64,000 nucleotides of DNA from Candidatus Methanomethylicia archaeon (lineage in GTDB: Archaea; Thermoproteota; Methanomethylicia; CALHIW01): contig JAWBQF010000001.1 of the NCBI GenBank assembly GCA_038845975.1, positions 112,339 through 176,338 of the forward strand. The letters run 5' to 3'. Below the pieces are notes generated by a model. That model ran no database searches. It was not told the DNA's origin and worked only from the letters and a program-made list of their open reading frames with translations. The position numbers and the translations under genes are program-made. Every line of letters starts with the position of its first letter. Position 1 is the stretch's first letter. Shown here piece by piece: positions 1-10,689 of the stretch.

Positions 1-1132
1 TCATTTGAGTTCTTAAGCGTCGATCAGCCATTTCAAACTTTGATAAATCCCATCTTGGAACTTTAACAACAACATAGTCAAGAGAGGGTTCAAAACATGC
101 AGTTGTAATATTTGTAACTTTATTTAGAAGCTCAGGTAGAGTGTAGCCTATAGCAAGCTTAGCAGCCATATAGGCTAGAGGATAACCAGTAGCTTTAGAA
201 GCTAAAGCAGAAGATCTTGAAAGTCTTGGATTAATCTCAATAACATAGTATTTCTCTGAGGTGGGATCTAATGCAAGCTGAACATTACACTCCCCAACAA
301 CTCCACATGCTCTAGTGGCTTTAATTGATATATCTCTAAGTAGATAGTACTCCCTATTATTAAGAGTTTGGGAGGGAGCAATAACAATATTATCACCTGT
401 ATGAACTCTCATTCCCAACATATTCTCCATATTACATACTGTAATACAGTTATCATTATAATCCCTCATAACCTCATACTCGATCTGCTTCCACCACCCA
501 ACATACTCCTCAATTAAAACCTGACCAATAAGACTATTAGCAATCCCTCTTCTAACAATTTCATCAAGCTCATAGGCGTTATAAGCAACACCTCCACCTC
601 TACCTCCAAGATTATAGGCAACCCTAACAATAACGGGATATCCTATCTCTTCAGCAGCTTCTAAAGCATCCTTAACATTCCAAGCAGCCTTACTTTTAGG
701 CATCAGTATACCATGCTTAAACATTGTTTCCCTAAACAGTTCACGATTAGAGGCTATATTAATACTTTCAATAGATGTACCTAAAACCTTAACATTATAT
801 CTATCAAGAACACCACTCCTATAAAGCTCAAACCCACAGTTTAGAGCTGTCTGACCGCCAAACCCAAGTAGAATACCGTCAGGACGCTCCTTCTCAATAA
901 TCTTCTCAACAAAACTAGCTACTACAGGAACAAGATAAACCTTATCAGCCATTTTAGGATCTGTTTGAATAGTAGCAATATTAGGATTAACAAGAATAGT
1001 TTCAATACCCTCCTCCCTTAATGCTTTAAGGGCCTGGGAACCTGAATAATCAAACTCTCCACATTCACCTATTTTTAGACTTCCAGATCCAAGTATAAGA
1101 GCTCTACGAATCCACTCGAACTTTGACATCAT
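1..1132 (-). CDS. carB: carbamoyl-phosphate synthase large subunit, 5' part (runs off window)
   Basis: Manual translation [45 protein letters not shown]...[10 protein letters not shown]...[11 protein letters not shown]; absent from the ORF track because it is truncated. Confidence 0.95.
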   Translation of the reverse strand, partial: MMSKFEWIRRALILGSGSLKIGECGEFDYSGSQALKALREEGIETILVNPNIATIQTDPKMADKVYLVPVVASFVEKIIEKERPDGILLGFGGQTALNCGFELYRSGVLDRYNVKVLGTSIESINIASNRELFRETMFKHGILMPKSKAAWNVKDALEAAEEIGYPVIVRVAYNLGGRGGGVAYNAYELDEIVRRGIANSLIGQVLIEEYVGWWKQIEYEVMRDYNDNCITVCNMENMLGMRVHTGDNIVIAPSQTLNNREYYLLRDISIKATRACGVVGECNVQLALDPTSEKYYVIEINPRLSRSSALASKATGYPLAYMAAKLAIGYTLPELLNKVTNITTACFEPSLDYVVVKVPRWDLSKFEMADRRLRTQM

Positions 1133-1151
1133 AAATACATGAGAAAAAAGT

Positions 1152-1219
1152 ATAAAAACTTAATGTACTATATGAAACAACACCTAAATAGTTAATGTAT
1201 TAAACGTAATAGTTAATAC
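1152..1219 (-). promoter_or_regulatory. carB promoter (TATA/BRE) plus conserved upstream boxes shared with the argG promoter
   Basis: TTTTTAT on the minus strand 23-29 nt before ATG 1129; 25/28 and 20/20 identity blocks with 21210-21268. Confidence 0.8.
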
Positions 1220-1407
1220 CATAGAAATAATTCATCAATTCATAACTCAGTAAATATCTTAATTCTAAATAAGAACTTAAATACTAATAGCTGTACTGAT
1301 GAGTTATTCTCATTCTAAACAATAGGCTTCATTCATGATGCCCTTCACGAATATCTTAATACTTAAGCTAAACGTAATTATTAAATTCTCTATTTTAAAC
1401 TTTAATT

Positions 1408-2064
1408 ATGAATACTTCAAAGTTTGAAGATGATCTTGAAGATATCCTGGATAAATTAAAAAACAGAATAGATAATAAAGCCTTAAATGAACTGGATAGA
1501 ATTAGGAGGAAGCTAGTGGAGCTTTATTTAAGAGGTATTGTTAAAACAAATCATTCAGTTATGGAGTTTATAGTTTCATGGTTTCTATTGAAGAAAGGCT
1601 ATGAAAAGGTTGATGTTGAGCTAAATGTTGCTAGCGATCTAGTATGTGATGTATATGGTGTAAGAGGGGACTCCTCAATAATTGTGGAGGTTGAAACCGG
1701 ATTTACACCTCCAGAACATAGCTTAGACCCTATAACATACAATAAAGTAAGAGTTATAAGTAAAATTACTAGGTATAGCCACTACGCAGATAAATTCAGC
1801 TTAGCAGTACCACCATACTATCTAATACTGGAAATACCATTATGCTTTGTAAAGCCTCCATCAGCAAGAAAACTAGATGAAATTATTAGAGTGAAAAAAT
1901 TATGCGATATTTACTATAGAAATCCACCAGTAACTATAGAACAAATAAAATATGCTAAACTACATACAATAATCATAATAAACGTCGATGATTTAGAAGT
2001 AGAGGAAGCAGATCCTGAAAGCTATCTAGATGTTGTTCTAAACAGGTATTTCAGTATTAGCTAG
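1408..2064 (+). CDS. conserved hypothetical protein, possible PD-(D/E)XK nuclease-like fold
   Basis: 218-aa ORF with VDVE..CDVYG..VEVETG pattern. Confidence 0.55.
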   Translation: MNTSKFEDDLEDILDKLKNRIDNKALNELDRIRRKLVELYLRGIVKTNHSVMEFIVSWFLLKKGYEKVDVELNVASDLVCDVYGVRGDSSIIVEVETGFTPPEHSLDPITYNKVRVISKITRYSHYADKFSLAVPPYYLILEIPLCFVKPPSARKLDEIIRVKKLCDIYYRNPPVTIEQIKYAKLHTIIIINVDDLEVEEADPESYLDVVLNRYFSIS

Positions 2065-2099
2065 ATAACTACTACAGTTATAAAATTACAGTACTTTAC

Positions 2100-2896
2100 G
2101 AGGTCGCTAGAAAATTCACTTAGAAAAGTCATTACGAAACCATTTAAATCTTATCTGGAGCTTAGCAATTTAAGTAGGAGCTTATTAGGCTTCTTCTCTT
2201 AAGTTTAGGGTTAGTGGGCTTAGTTAATGATGTGTTTGTACTGAATATTATTTATATGTATTTGTTGCTGATATAAATAGATGGATATACTGTTAAGTAT
2301 AGATATTACTTAACAGCATTAAAAGGCTTAAAATGGATGGAAATAGAAGTATGAAGGACAAATACTTAATACTTTTCTAAGAAAATGCTATTAGTAAGTT
2401 TTGATAGGATTGCTATTAATAGTATAACTACCATTAAGGCTAGGAGAAACTGGTTAGATATTAGTAAGAATGTTAAGGATGCAAAGATATATGTAGTTAT
2501 ATTATGTGAAGTCCTACTGTTAAGCGTTCAGATAAGGCCTAGAAATGAACATGACTTCAAACACTTCATAACTTCAGAAGATTTAAAGGTTAAACATAGT
2601 AGATCTATAAGGTTACGAGGACTTAACAACAATACTAAGAGATAGGAGTTTACCTTAAGTGTAAAGGAATAAAGCAACATAGATGTTAATCTGAGGAATA
2701 GGAGAGAAGCTTAAATGTTTAAGACTATATGGACTCAATAGGGAAGATATAAGAAAACGAGAAACACTACTGAAAGATTCTTCGTATAAATAAAATATTC
2801 AGAGAATAACAATAAGATATAAGAGAGCTAACATCAATATTCCTAGCATTCATACAAATAGCGTAATAATATACCTGAAGGTTTTGCAGTAAGTTT
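2100..2896 (+). mobile_element. decayed IS5/IS4-like DDE element
   Basis: Fragments LLSVQIRPRNEHDFKHF, a DKGY-like relic and an ERFF-like motif, broken by stops and frameshifts; imperfect ends GAGGTCGCTAGAAAATTC ... GGTTTTGCAGTAAGTTT. Confidence 0.5.
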
Positions 2897-2940
2897 AGAA
2901 GTAACATAGAATTCCTTAAGTGAAATCTAGTTTAAGCTAT

Positions 2941-3876
2941 TTACCTTGTTAAACCCAATATTTTCCTTGCCTCATTTGGTGTTGCATTCTCCCTTCCTGT
3001 TACTTCGTATATCAGCATTTTCACCTTCTCTACTAGTTCAGCATTACTCTTCGCTAATACACCCTTTCTAAGATATAAATTGTCTTCTAATCCTACCCTT
3101 ACATGTCCACCCATTATAGCTGCTGTAATACATAATGGAAACTCATATCTTCCAGCTGCACATACAGACCATGTGTATCCACAATCTCCAAAAAGTCTAT
3201 CTGCTGTTCGTTTTAGGTGTACTAGGTCTTCTACTGTTGCGCCAATCCCACCGAGAATGCCCATAACAAACTGTATATGTAATGGAGGTTTTAAAACACC
3301 ATCACTAAGCAGCTGGTAAGCATTATATAAGTGTGAAACATCATAGCATTCAAGCTCGGGTTTAGTTCCATTTTCATACATTACCTTACAGAAATGCTCT
3401 AAATCAGCAAAAGTATTCTTGAATACGTAGTCCTTAGTCATTTCAAGATAGGGCTTTTCCCATGAATATTTCCACTCCCTAATCCTAGCAACATATGGAT
3501 ACAATGCGAAATTCATTGACCCCATGTTGAAGGAAGCCATTTCAGGCTTAAGTTCTGGAACAACTTTAATTCTCTCCTCAGCAGTCATACCGAAACCTCC
3601 ACCAGTTGTTATACAGATAATAACGTCAGATCTACATTTAATACTAGATACAACTTCACGGAAAAAATCTAAATTTGAAGTTGGCTTACCATTACTTGGA
3701 TCTCTAACATGAATATGAACAATAGCAGCTCCAGCATCAGCAGCCTTAACAGCTTCATCAGCTATTTGCTTAGGAGTAATAGGTAGATAGGGAGTCATAG
3801 TAGGAGTATGAATGGAGCCTGTAATAGCAGCAGTAATAATAACTTTATCCATCATATCACATCTATACATATGCAT
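2941..3876 (-). CDS. beta-keto acid cleavage enzyme (Kce/BKACE, DUF849)
   Basis: IITAAITG..PYLPITP..AGAAIVHIHVR..HVRVGLEDN; true start probably MDKVII. Confidence 0.9.
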   Translation of the reverse strand: MHMYRCDMMDKVIITAAITGSIHTPTMTPYLPITPKQIADEAVKAADAGAAIVHIHVRDPSNGKPTSNLDFFREVVSSIKCRSDVIICITTGGGFGMTAEERIKVVPELKPEMASFNMGSMNFALYPYVARIREWKYSWEKPYLEMTKDYVFKNTFADLEHFCKVMYENGTKPELECYDVSHLYNAYQLLSDGVLKPPLHIQFVMGILGGIGATVEDLVHLKRTADRLFGDCGYTWSVCAAGRYEFPLCITAAIMGGHVRVGLEDNLYLRKGVLAKSNAELVEKVKMLIYEVTGRENATPNEARKILGLTR

Positions 3877-4054
3877 AATTTAAATCTTACCATATTAAGA
3901 ATGTTAACTCTAAGGTTTTGTTTAACTGTTCCTACTTGTACTGATATAATTGCAGTTATAAATTTTAGGAGAGACATTAAATAACTATCTCTCTGGATGG
4001 AGCCTGGATGATGAGTGAATTTAGCTTAATCTAACTGATTCATATGGTTTAGCT

Positions 4055-5017
4055 CTATACATGGAACATTTCTGGATTAGCTCTAACTTCATTAATGAAG
4101 TCTTCTACTAAAAGGTTAAGATCACTATATTTAGGTTTCCAGTTTAGCTCTCTTTCCAATCTACTACAATCCATATTTTTCGGCCAAGACTTTACGACTT
4201 CCACAGCTAAAGGATCAGGTCTAAATTCTATACGTACATTCCTAACATATTTATTAACAACATCAGCAATCTCCCTAGCTGTTGGACTTGGAGTTAAGCC
4301 TGATACATTATATATTCTACTTTTAAGTCTTGAAATGTTTTCCAACGCTACTATAGCTAGATTAGCTACATCCTTAATATAAATTATTGGAAGACAAGCA
4401 TCTTCAGGCACGTTAACCACATAGTCTTCTCCCTGAGCAGCTTTCTGAATTATAAGTGTGGAGTAGGCTGAGAAGCCACCATCTCTTCTTCCAGGCCCTA
4501 TAACTGATCCATATCTAAAAGCAGCAAAACCTATATTATATCTTCTGTAAAACCATAAACCAAGCATTTCACCATATTGCTTAGAAATACCATATAGAGT
4601 TTCAGGTATTGTATATGTATCCTCTCTTACAAATTCAGAAATATTTGATCCATAAACAGCAGCACTACTTGCAAATATGATAGCTTCAATACCTAGCTCC
4701 TTAGCAGTATTAAACACGTTCCAGGTACCTTCAAAGTTTACCTTAAACCCTTGATATGGATTCCTTTCAGCAGCTGCTGAAAGCAAAGCAGCATAATGCA
4801 TAATAGCATTAACCTTGTACTTCTTTATAGTTTCAACAAGTAAAACATTATCAGTAACATCACCTTGAACTATAACAACATCATTTCTAATATCTCTAAT
4901 AAGATTGTCGTTTACTACCACATCATAAATTACAACATTATAACCTGCTTTAACAAGACTTCGAGCTATATGAGACCCTATAAATCCGGAACCCCCAGTA
5001 ATTAAAACCGTCCACAT
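4055..5017 (-). CDS. NAD-dependent epimerase/dehydratase (extended SDR, threonine dehydrogenase-like)
   Basis: TGGSGFIG, HYAALLSA, YGISK. Confidence 0.85.
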   Translation of the reverse strand: MWTVLITGGSGFIGSHIARSLVKAGYNVVIYDVVVNDNLIRDIRNDVVIVQGDVTDNVLLVETIKKYKVNAIMHYAALLSAAAERNPYQGFKVNFEGTWNVFNTAKELGIEAIIFASSAAVYGSNISEFVREDTYTIPETLYGISKQYGEMLGLWFYRRYNIGFAAFRYGSVIGPGRRDGGFSAYSTLIIQKAAQGEDYVVNVPEDACLPIIYIKDVANLAIVALENISRLKSRIYNVSGLTPSPTAREIADVVNKYVRNVRIEFRPDPLAVEVVKSWPKNMDCSRLERELNWKPKYSDLNLLVEDFINEVRANPEMFHV

Positions 5018-5470
5018 GGAAACACCAGTACAATACTACTAGCATACTTAAAAATCTACTAGCTATTGTAAGTGTAGGCTTAAAGAATTGATATTTACTA
5101 TTTAAACAAGCTTTCAGATTATGTTTCGATAGTTACTCATGAATAAACAGTATCAACAATTACTCTCTACAGTTTAAGTAGAGATGTATAGCTAAATGCT
5201 AGTATGAATGTTTGATAATATCTATAGGTGGAAGTTAACCAGTAGTATGGATTGGTGAAGTAGGCTTTGATAAAGCTTGAAGCTAATAACAGCTAATATT
5301 GTTTACTTATATTTTAATGTAATGATTGTTAATTGTATTGGCTTAATTATATTAGATTAACATTATGAGACTGGTGAAAAGCTGATTAATTACTGGGAGT
5401 TAGTAGTAGATAGAGATTAGTAGAGCCATATTATTAACTAGATAAGATTTAGTATTGTCTGTTATGAAAT

Positions 5471-6613
5471 CTAAACTTCTTTAATATAGTTTAAGAATTT
5501 AGAGAAAATCCATGAGGTGTCGTATGGTCCTGGAGAGGCTTCAGGATGGTATTGAACAGACAGTATTGGCTTGCTGATATGTTTAAGACCCTCAACAGTT
5601 CCATCATCAACATTTCTAAACCATGTTTTTAACTCTGTGTTTTCAAGTGTTTTTTCATTTACAGCATATCCATGGTTTTGACTTGTAATATAGCATTTCC
5701 CAGTTTCAACATCTATACATGGCTTATTTTGTCCTCGATGACCATACTTAAGCTTGAAGGTATCAGCATTCAATGCTAAAGCTATTATTTGATTACCTAA
5801 ACATATTCCTAAAATAGGTAAATCTGTTTCATCAATTATTCTTCTAATAGTTTTTATAGTGACTTCACATCGCTTCGGATTTCCAGGTCCATTACTTATA
5901 ACGATTCCATGAGGATTATATGATAGTATCTCATCAATACTGTAGCTATACGGAACCCTAACAACTCTAAATCCATTAAGTATGAGTTGACGTATAATAT
6001 TAAGCTTAACCCCACAGTCAATAAGCACTATATTCTTACCTCTACCATATATTATGGGCTTCTTAACGCTTACTTCTTCAACAAAGTTTATTGATTCATA
6101 AGATTTAGAGTTTTTTAGAAGTTTAAAGCCATTTTCAGGATCGTCAAAAACCATGGCCCCCATCATAACACCCTCAACTCTAAGTTTCTTCGTTAAATAT
6201 CTAGTATCGATACCTGAGATTCCAGGTATACCTTCCATGTATAGCCAATCATTAAAACTCATGGTGGAAGTCCAGTGAGATGGATTTAGACAAAGCTCAT
6301 GAATTACAACTCCCTGAACCTTTATCGATTCAGACTCAAAAAACATTGGGAAGCCATACCTATCAATCATACTGTATGATGGAACACCATAGTTACCTAT
6401 TAATGGATAGGTAAAACATAGTATCTGCCCTTTATATGATGGATCTGTTAAAGACTCCGTATACCCAATCATACCTGTAGTGAAAACAAGTTCCCCAACA
6501 GTATTTTTAGGATACCCAATAGAAAAACCCTTAAAAACTGAGCTGTCTTCAAGTATGAGCCAAGCGTTCTTAGGATTCTCCGTAGAACCCTTCATATCTT
6601 TTTGAATAGCCAT
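5471..6613 (-). CDS. carA: carbamoyl-phosphate synthase small subunit
   Basis: GELVFTTGMIGYTESLTDPSY, SNGPGNP, GICLG, QYHPEASPGP. Confidence 0.97.
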   Translation of the reverse strand: MAIQKDMKGSTENPKNAWLILEDSSVFKGFSIGYPKNTVGELVFTTGMIGYTESLTDPSYKGQILCFTYPLIGNYGVPSYSMIDRYGFPMFFESESIKVQGVVIHELCLNPSHWTSTMSFNDWLYMEGIPGISGIDTRYLTKKLRVEGVMMGAMVFDDPENGFKLLKNSKSYESINFVEEVSVKKPIIYGRGKNIVLIDCGVKLNIIRQLILNGFRVVRVPYSYSIDEILSYNPHGIVISNGPGNPKRCEVTIKTIRRIIDETDLPILGICLGNQIIALALNADTFKLKYGHRGQNKPCIDVETGKCYITSQNHGYAVNEKTLENTELKTWFRNVDDGTVEGLKHISKPILSVQYHPEASPGPYDTSWIFSKFLNYIKEV

Positions 6614-6738
6614 ATTTAAACCTTTCTACTGAGATAGATATATTTACAACGTAACTGAAACTACATAATAATACAGAATAGTTATATGTAGAACAGATAA
6701 AATATTTAAGATTCTGCATAAACTCTAAATGTGGAATT

Positions 6739-7974
6739 ATGTCTCTTAAGATACCTAAAGTATTAACTATGGATAGCTTTAATTTTAATAATAAGTATGT
6801 TCTAGTAAGAATTGATATCAATTCACCTATAGATCCTGAATCGAAAATCATATTGGATGATGCAAGATTTAGGGAGCATGCTAAAACAATAAGAGAACTT
6901 ATTGAGGGGGAGGCACGCATCACGTTAACATCACATCAGGGAAGACCTGGAGATCCTGACTTCACATCTCTAAATGGACATGCAGAACTCTTATCATCGA
7001 TTTTAGGAGTAGAAGTAAAGTTTATTGATGATGTATGCGGTCCAGCTGCAAGAGAAGCGATAAGAAAGCTTAATCCATCAGAGGTTTTACTACTTGAAAA
7101 TGTAAGATTCCATTCTGAGGAACTTCTTGAAAGAAAACCTGAACTCCAGGCTAAAACATATCTAGTATCTAAACTTACACCATTATTCAACTACTTTATA
7201 CTTGATGCCTTCGCTACAGCTCATAGATCACAACCATCAATAGTTGGATTCCCACTAACACTAAAATCATGCGCTGGAAGAATTATGGAGGCTGAAATCG
7301 AGGCCTTAAGGAAAATCTACGGTGAAAAGGAGGGAAGGGTATTCATACTGGGAGGAAGCAAGATCCGCGACTCATTAAAAATAATGGAGAATCTACTAGT
7401 AAACAAAGTAGCTGATAAAATACTTCTAACAGGTCTACTAGCACTTGTATTCCTATATGCTAAAGATGTAAGGCTAAATAGTCAAGTTGTTGAAGTCATA
7501 AAGGAGAAGGGGCTTATGGGGGAAATACCTAAAGCAAGGGAACTACTAAGAAAATACAGTGAGTATATTAAGATGCCGATTGATGGAGCCATAGAGGTTG
7601 ATGGAAGAAGAGTTGAGGGAGACATAGAGTCTTTAAAGGGGAGAATAATGGATATTGGAGTTGGAACCATTAATTTATATAGGGAGGAAATTAAGAATGC
7701 AAATACTATAATTATAAGAGGACCTGCAGGAGTTATAGAGAAGGATGAGTTTAGAATAGGAAGTGAGAAAATAGTTAAAGCAGCTATTGAAAGTGGAGCA
7801 TACATAATCTTCGGGGGAGGACATATGAGAGCTATAGTAGATAATATTACAGTAAGCTTTCATGGACATATGAGTACAGGCGGTGGAGCTTTACTAACAT
7901 TTCTTTCAGGAGAGCCGCTTCCAGGATTAGAGGCACTGGCAATTTCAGCTCAGAAATATTTAAATAGTTTATAA
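6739..7974 (+). CDS. pgk: phosphoglycerate kinase
   Basis: VRIDINSP, SHQGRPG, LLENVRF, DAFATAHR, STGGGA. Confidence 0.97.
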   Translation: MSLKIPKVLTMDSFNFNNKYVLVRIDINSPIDPESKIILDDARFREHAKTIRELIEGEARITLTSHQGRPGDPDFTSLNGHAELLSSILGVEVKFIDDVCGPAAREAIRKLNPSEVLLLENVRFHSEELLERKPELQAKTYLVSKLTPLFNYFILDAFATAHRSQPSIVGFPLTLKSCAGRIMEAEIEALRKIYGEKEGRVFILGGSKIRDSLKIMENLLVNKVADKILLTGLLALVFLYAKDVRLNSQVVEVIKEKGLMGEIPKARELLRKYSEYIKMPIDGAIEVDGRRVEGDIESLKGRIMDIGVGTINLYREEIKNANTIIIRGPAGVIEKDEFRIGSEKIVKAAIESGAYIIFGGGHMRAIVDNITVSFHGHMSTGGGALLTFLSGEPLPGLEALAISAQKYLNSL

Positions 7975-7977
7975 GTA

Positions 7978-8421
7978 GTGGTTATTATGGTGTATTTTCC
8001 GGAGCCAACATATACTATAGCTTACCTTTTTAGAAGACTTCTAATACCAATAGATGGTTCTGAACAATCCCTTAAAGCATTAAAACTAGCTGTAGATTTT
8101 GCATTAAGATACGGATCAAAAATAACAGCTCTCTACATAGCTTATGAGGGACAGAATGAATTATACATAGAAGACATTAAGAGGAAAATATTGGAGGTAA
8201 GTCAAAGAGAAGGAGTGGATATAGAGTGTAAAATTAGATACTTTAACCCTATGAAAAGCTCAATTGTAAAGGAGATAGTAAGGGAGAGTATTGACGGCCC
8301 ATATGATGCGGTAATTATAGGTTCACAGGGAGTAGGAGGATTAGGAGGAGAAATAGTTATGGGGGAGGCTGCAATACATGCAGTAATATTTATACCTAAA
8401 ACAATAGTAATAGTACGTTAA
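7978..8421 (+). CDS. universal stress protein
   Basis: LLIPIDGSEQSLKAL..A; YDAVIIGSQG. Confidence 0.85.
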   Translation: MVIMVYFPEPTYTIAYLFRRLLIPIDGSEQSLKALKLAVDFALRYGSKITALYIAYEGQNELYIEDIKRKILEVSQREGVDIECKIRYFNPMKSSIVKEIVRESIDGPYDAVIIGSQGVGGLGGEIVMGEAAIHAVIFIPKTIVIVR

Positions 8422-8427
8422 ACATTA

Positions 8428-9501
8428 TTAACTGTGGAGTATACATAAAGTCTTCACTGCTTCGGTAAGAACCTCTATACTCTTAATGTAGTCGCTAATT
8501 TTTACGTACTCATTTTCAGTATGGCTTAATCTTGAATTGCCAGGACCATATGAAACCGAGGGAACACTCATAGACCTAGCATAAACATTTAAGTCACCAG
8601 TACCTGTTTTTCTAATAAGCTTTACAGGTCTACCAAGTATTTTAACTATAGCTCTACTGAAAGCTTTAACTATGGGTGAGTCTAAACTAATTTCGTAGGG
8701 TTCAACAAGATCATCATAGGATAACTTAACATCCAATCCACTATCTACTATGTATTCCTCAATAATCCTAGAAATTAGCATCATACAATTATTAACACTA
8801 TAATTGGATGGAATTCTTACATCAATATATGCTTTACAACTACTAGGTACAATATTATGTGATTTACCTCCACTTATCCTAGTTAAACATACAGCTACAG
8901 AATTAGATGATGCCTTCTCAAATTCAAGTTTTAGCTTTAAGTATATATTAAATAGCTCCTCTATAGCATTCTTATAAGCCCATGGAGCACTTGAATGCCC
9001 ACCTTGACCAGTACTGCAGAATATTTTAACTCCAATCTTACCCCTATACCCTACTGTAAGCCCATATAGATTACTTGGCTCACCAAATACTGCATAGTTA
9101 GCTTTAATATTACTCTTAATTATTTCACTTATACCTTTACCATAACCCTCCTCATCAACTACAGCTGCAACAATTACATTCCCTCTAATATCTTTAAGCT
9201 TTGAAGCTGCAATTACTAGTGCTGCTAGAGAGGCTTTAGCATCAACTACACCCCTACCATAAAGAAACTCGCCATTGAAAGTTACTGGTAGCTTTCCAGG
9301 TACAGTATCCATATGTCCACAAAACAGAATTGTAGGAGAGCTTGAACCAACTTCACCAATAACGTTACCAGCATTATCAATCCTAACATTTTCAAAACCA
9401 TTCTCCAACATAAACTTTTCAATATATTTAGAAACTTCGAGCTCGTAACCACTTGGACTATACATCTCAACAATATCTCTAAGAAACTTTACATAGTCCA
9501 C
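8428..9501 (-). CDS. lysK: [LysW]-lysine/[LysW]-ornithine hydrolase (M20)
   Basis: GHMDTVPG, YGRGVVDAK, VDEEG, GTGDLN..YGPG..H; operon context. Confidence 0.92.
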   Translation of the reverse strand: MDYVKFLRDIVEMYSPSGYELEVSKYIEKFMLENGFENVRIDNAGNVIGEVGSSSPTILFCGHMDTVPGKLPVTFNGEFLYGRGVVDAKASLAALVIAASKLKDIRGNVIVAAVVDEEGYGKGISEIIKSNIKANYAVFGEPSNLYGLTVGYRGKIGVKIFCSTGQGGHSSAPWAYKNAIEELFNIYLKLKLEFEKASSNSVAVCLTRISGGKSHNIVPSSCKAYIDVRIPSNYSVNNCMMLISRIIEEYIVDSGLDVKLSYDDLVEPYEISLDSPIVKAFSRAIVKILGRPVKLIRKTGTGDLNVYARSMSVPSVSYGPGNSRLSHTENEYVKISDYIKSIEVLTEAVKTLCILHS

Positions 9502-9516
9502 TATTTCACCAGCTAG

Positions 9517-10689
9517 TTAAACACTATAGGATTTTACTACTTCACTAAGAGCTTTAACTACTCTACTTGCCTGCTCCTCGCTAATTATGAGTGGGGGTAG
9601 AAGCCTAATAGTATTGATTCCAGAATATAAGGGTATAACACCTTTCTTAATGGTTTCAAGCAGTATTCTATATATGTTAATTTTCATCTCAATACCGATC
9701 ATTAATCCAATACCTCTAACCTCTCTAATAATTTTACTTTCATCTTGAAGTTTCTGAAGCATATTTTTAAGCTTACTACCAACTCGCTCAGCATTTTCAA
9801 CTAGGTTTTCTTCAGCTATAATGTTTAGAACAGTCTTACCGGCCGCGCATGCTATTGGATTCCCGCCGAAAGTACTTGAATGCTCACCTATCTTAAACAC
9901 ATTCATAACATCACTTCTAGCAACAGTTACGCCTAAAGGAATTCCGCCTCCAATTCCCTTAGCAATACACATAATATCAGGGTCTATATTGAAATGTTGG
10001 TGGCTCCATAGTTTACCTGTCCTACCTAAACCTGCTTGAACCTCATCTACAATTAGGAGGGAACCATGCTTATACGTTAATTCTCTTAAAGACTTAATAA
10101 ATTCGTAGGAGGATATATGAATACCGCTTTCACCTTGAACAGGTTCAACAATAACTGCAGCAGTATTATCTGTAATCTTACTTTCAAAATCCTTAACGTC
10201 ATTGTATCTAGCAAATTTAACATGAGGATATAGAAGATGTTCAAATGGCTTCCTATACTTTGAATTCCAAGTTAATGAGAGGGAGCCTAAAGTTTTTCCA
10301 TGATAGCTTCCAGTAAAGGCTATAAACTCCCTTCTACCAGTGTATTTAGCAGCTAGCTTAATTGCACATTCAATAGATTCAGCTCCACTATTTGATAGGA
10401 AAACTCTATCTAACCCTTTAGGAGTATACTTTACAAGTGTTTCTAGAAATTCTACTCTAGCATCATTATATAGGGAGCAGTGACATATCATTAGTTTTTC
10501 ACATTGATTTTTAATGGCTTCAACAACTTTAGGATGACAGTGACCAACTATAGCTACACCATAGCCAGCCATACAGTCAATATACTCCCTACCTTCAGAA
10601 TCCCATATTAATACACCTCTACCCTTAACAGCAATTACTGGAAATCTTTGATAAACCCCTGCAAGAATTCTATCCTCACCTATTATCAC
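9517..10689 (-). CDS. lysJ: [LysW]-semialdehyde aminotransferase (class III)
   Basis: NSGAESIECAIK, EPVQGE, DEVQAG, AKG; operon context. Confidence 0.92.
   Translation of the reverse strand: MIIGEDRILAGVYQRFPVIAVKGRGVLIWDSEGREYIDCMAGYGVAIVGHCHPKVVEAIKNQCEKLMICHCSLYNDARVEFLETLVKYTPKGLDRVFLSNSGAESIECAIKLAAKYTGRREFIAFTGSYHGKTLGSLSLTWNSKYRKPFEHLLYPHVKFARYNDVKDFESKITDNTAAVIVEPVQGESGIHISSYEFIKSLRELTYKHGSLLIVDEVQAGLGRTGKLWSHQHFNIDPDIMCIAKGIGGGIPLGVTVARSDVMNVFKIGEHSSTFGGNPIACAAGKTVLNIIAEENLVENAERVGSKLKNMLQKLQDESKIIREVRGIGLMIGIEMKINIYRILLETIKKGVIPLYSGINTIRLLPPLIISEEQASRVVKALSEVVKSYSV

Noticed and set aside
4008-4038. ATGATGA ... CTGA as a C/D sRNA
   Set aside because: Only 20 nt between the boxes and no convincing internal D'/C'.
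5100-5460. Possible IS relic between the SDR gene and carA
   Set aside because: Only one short YW-like resemblance; no TIR or TSD identified.
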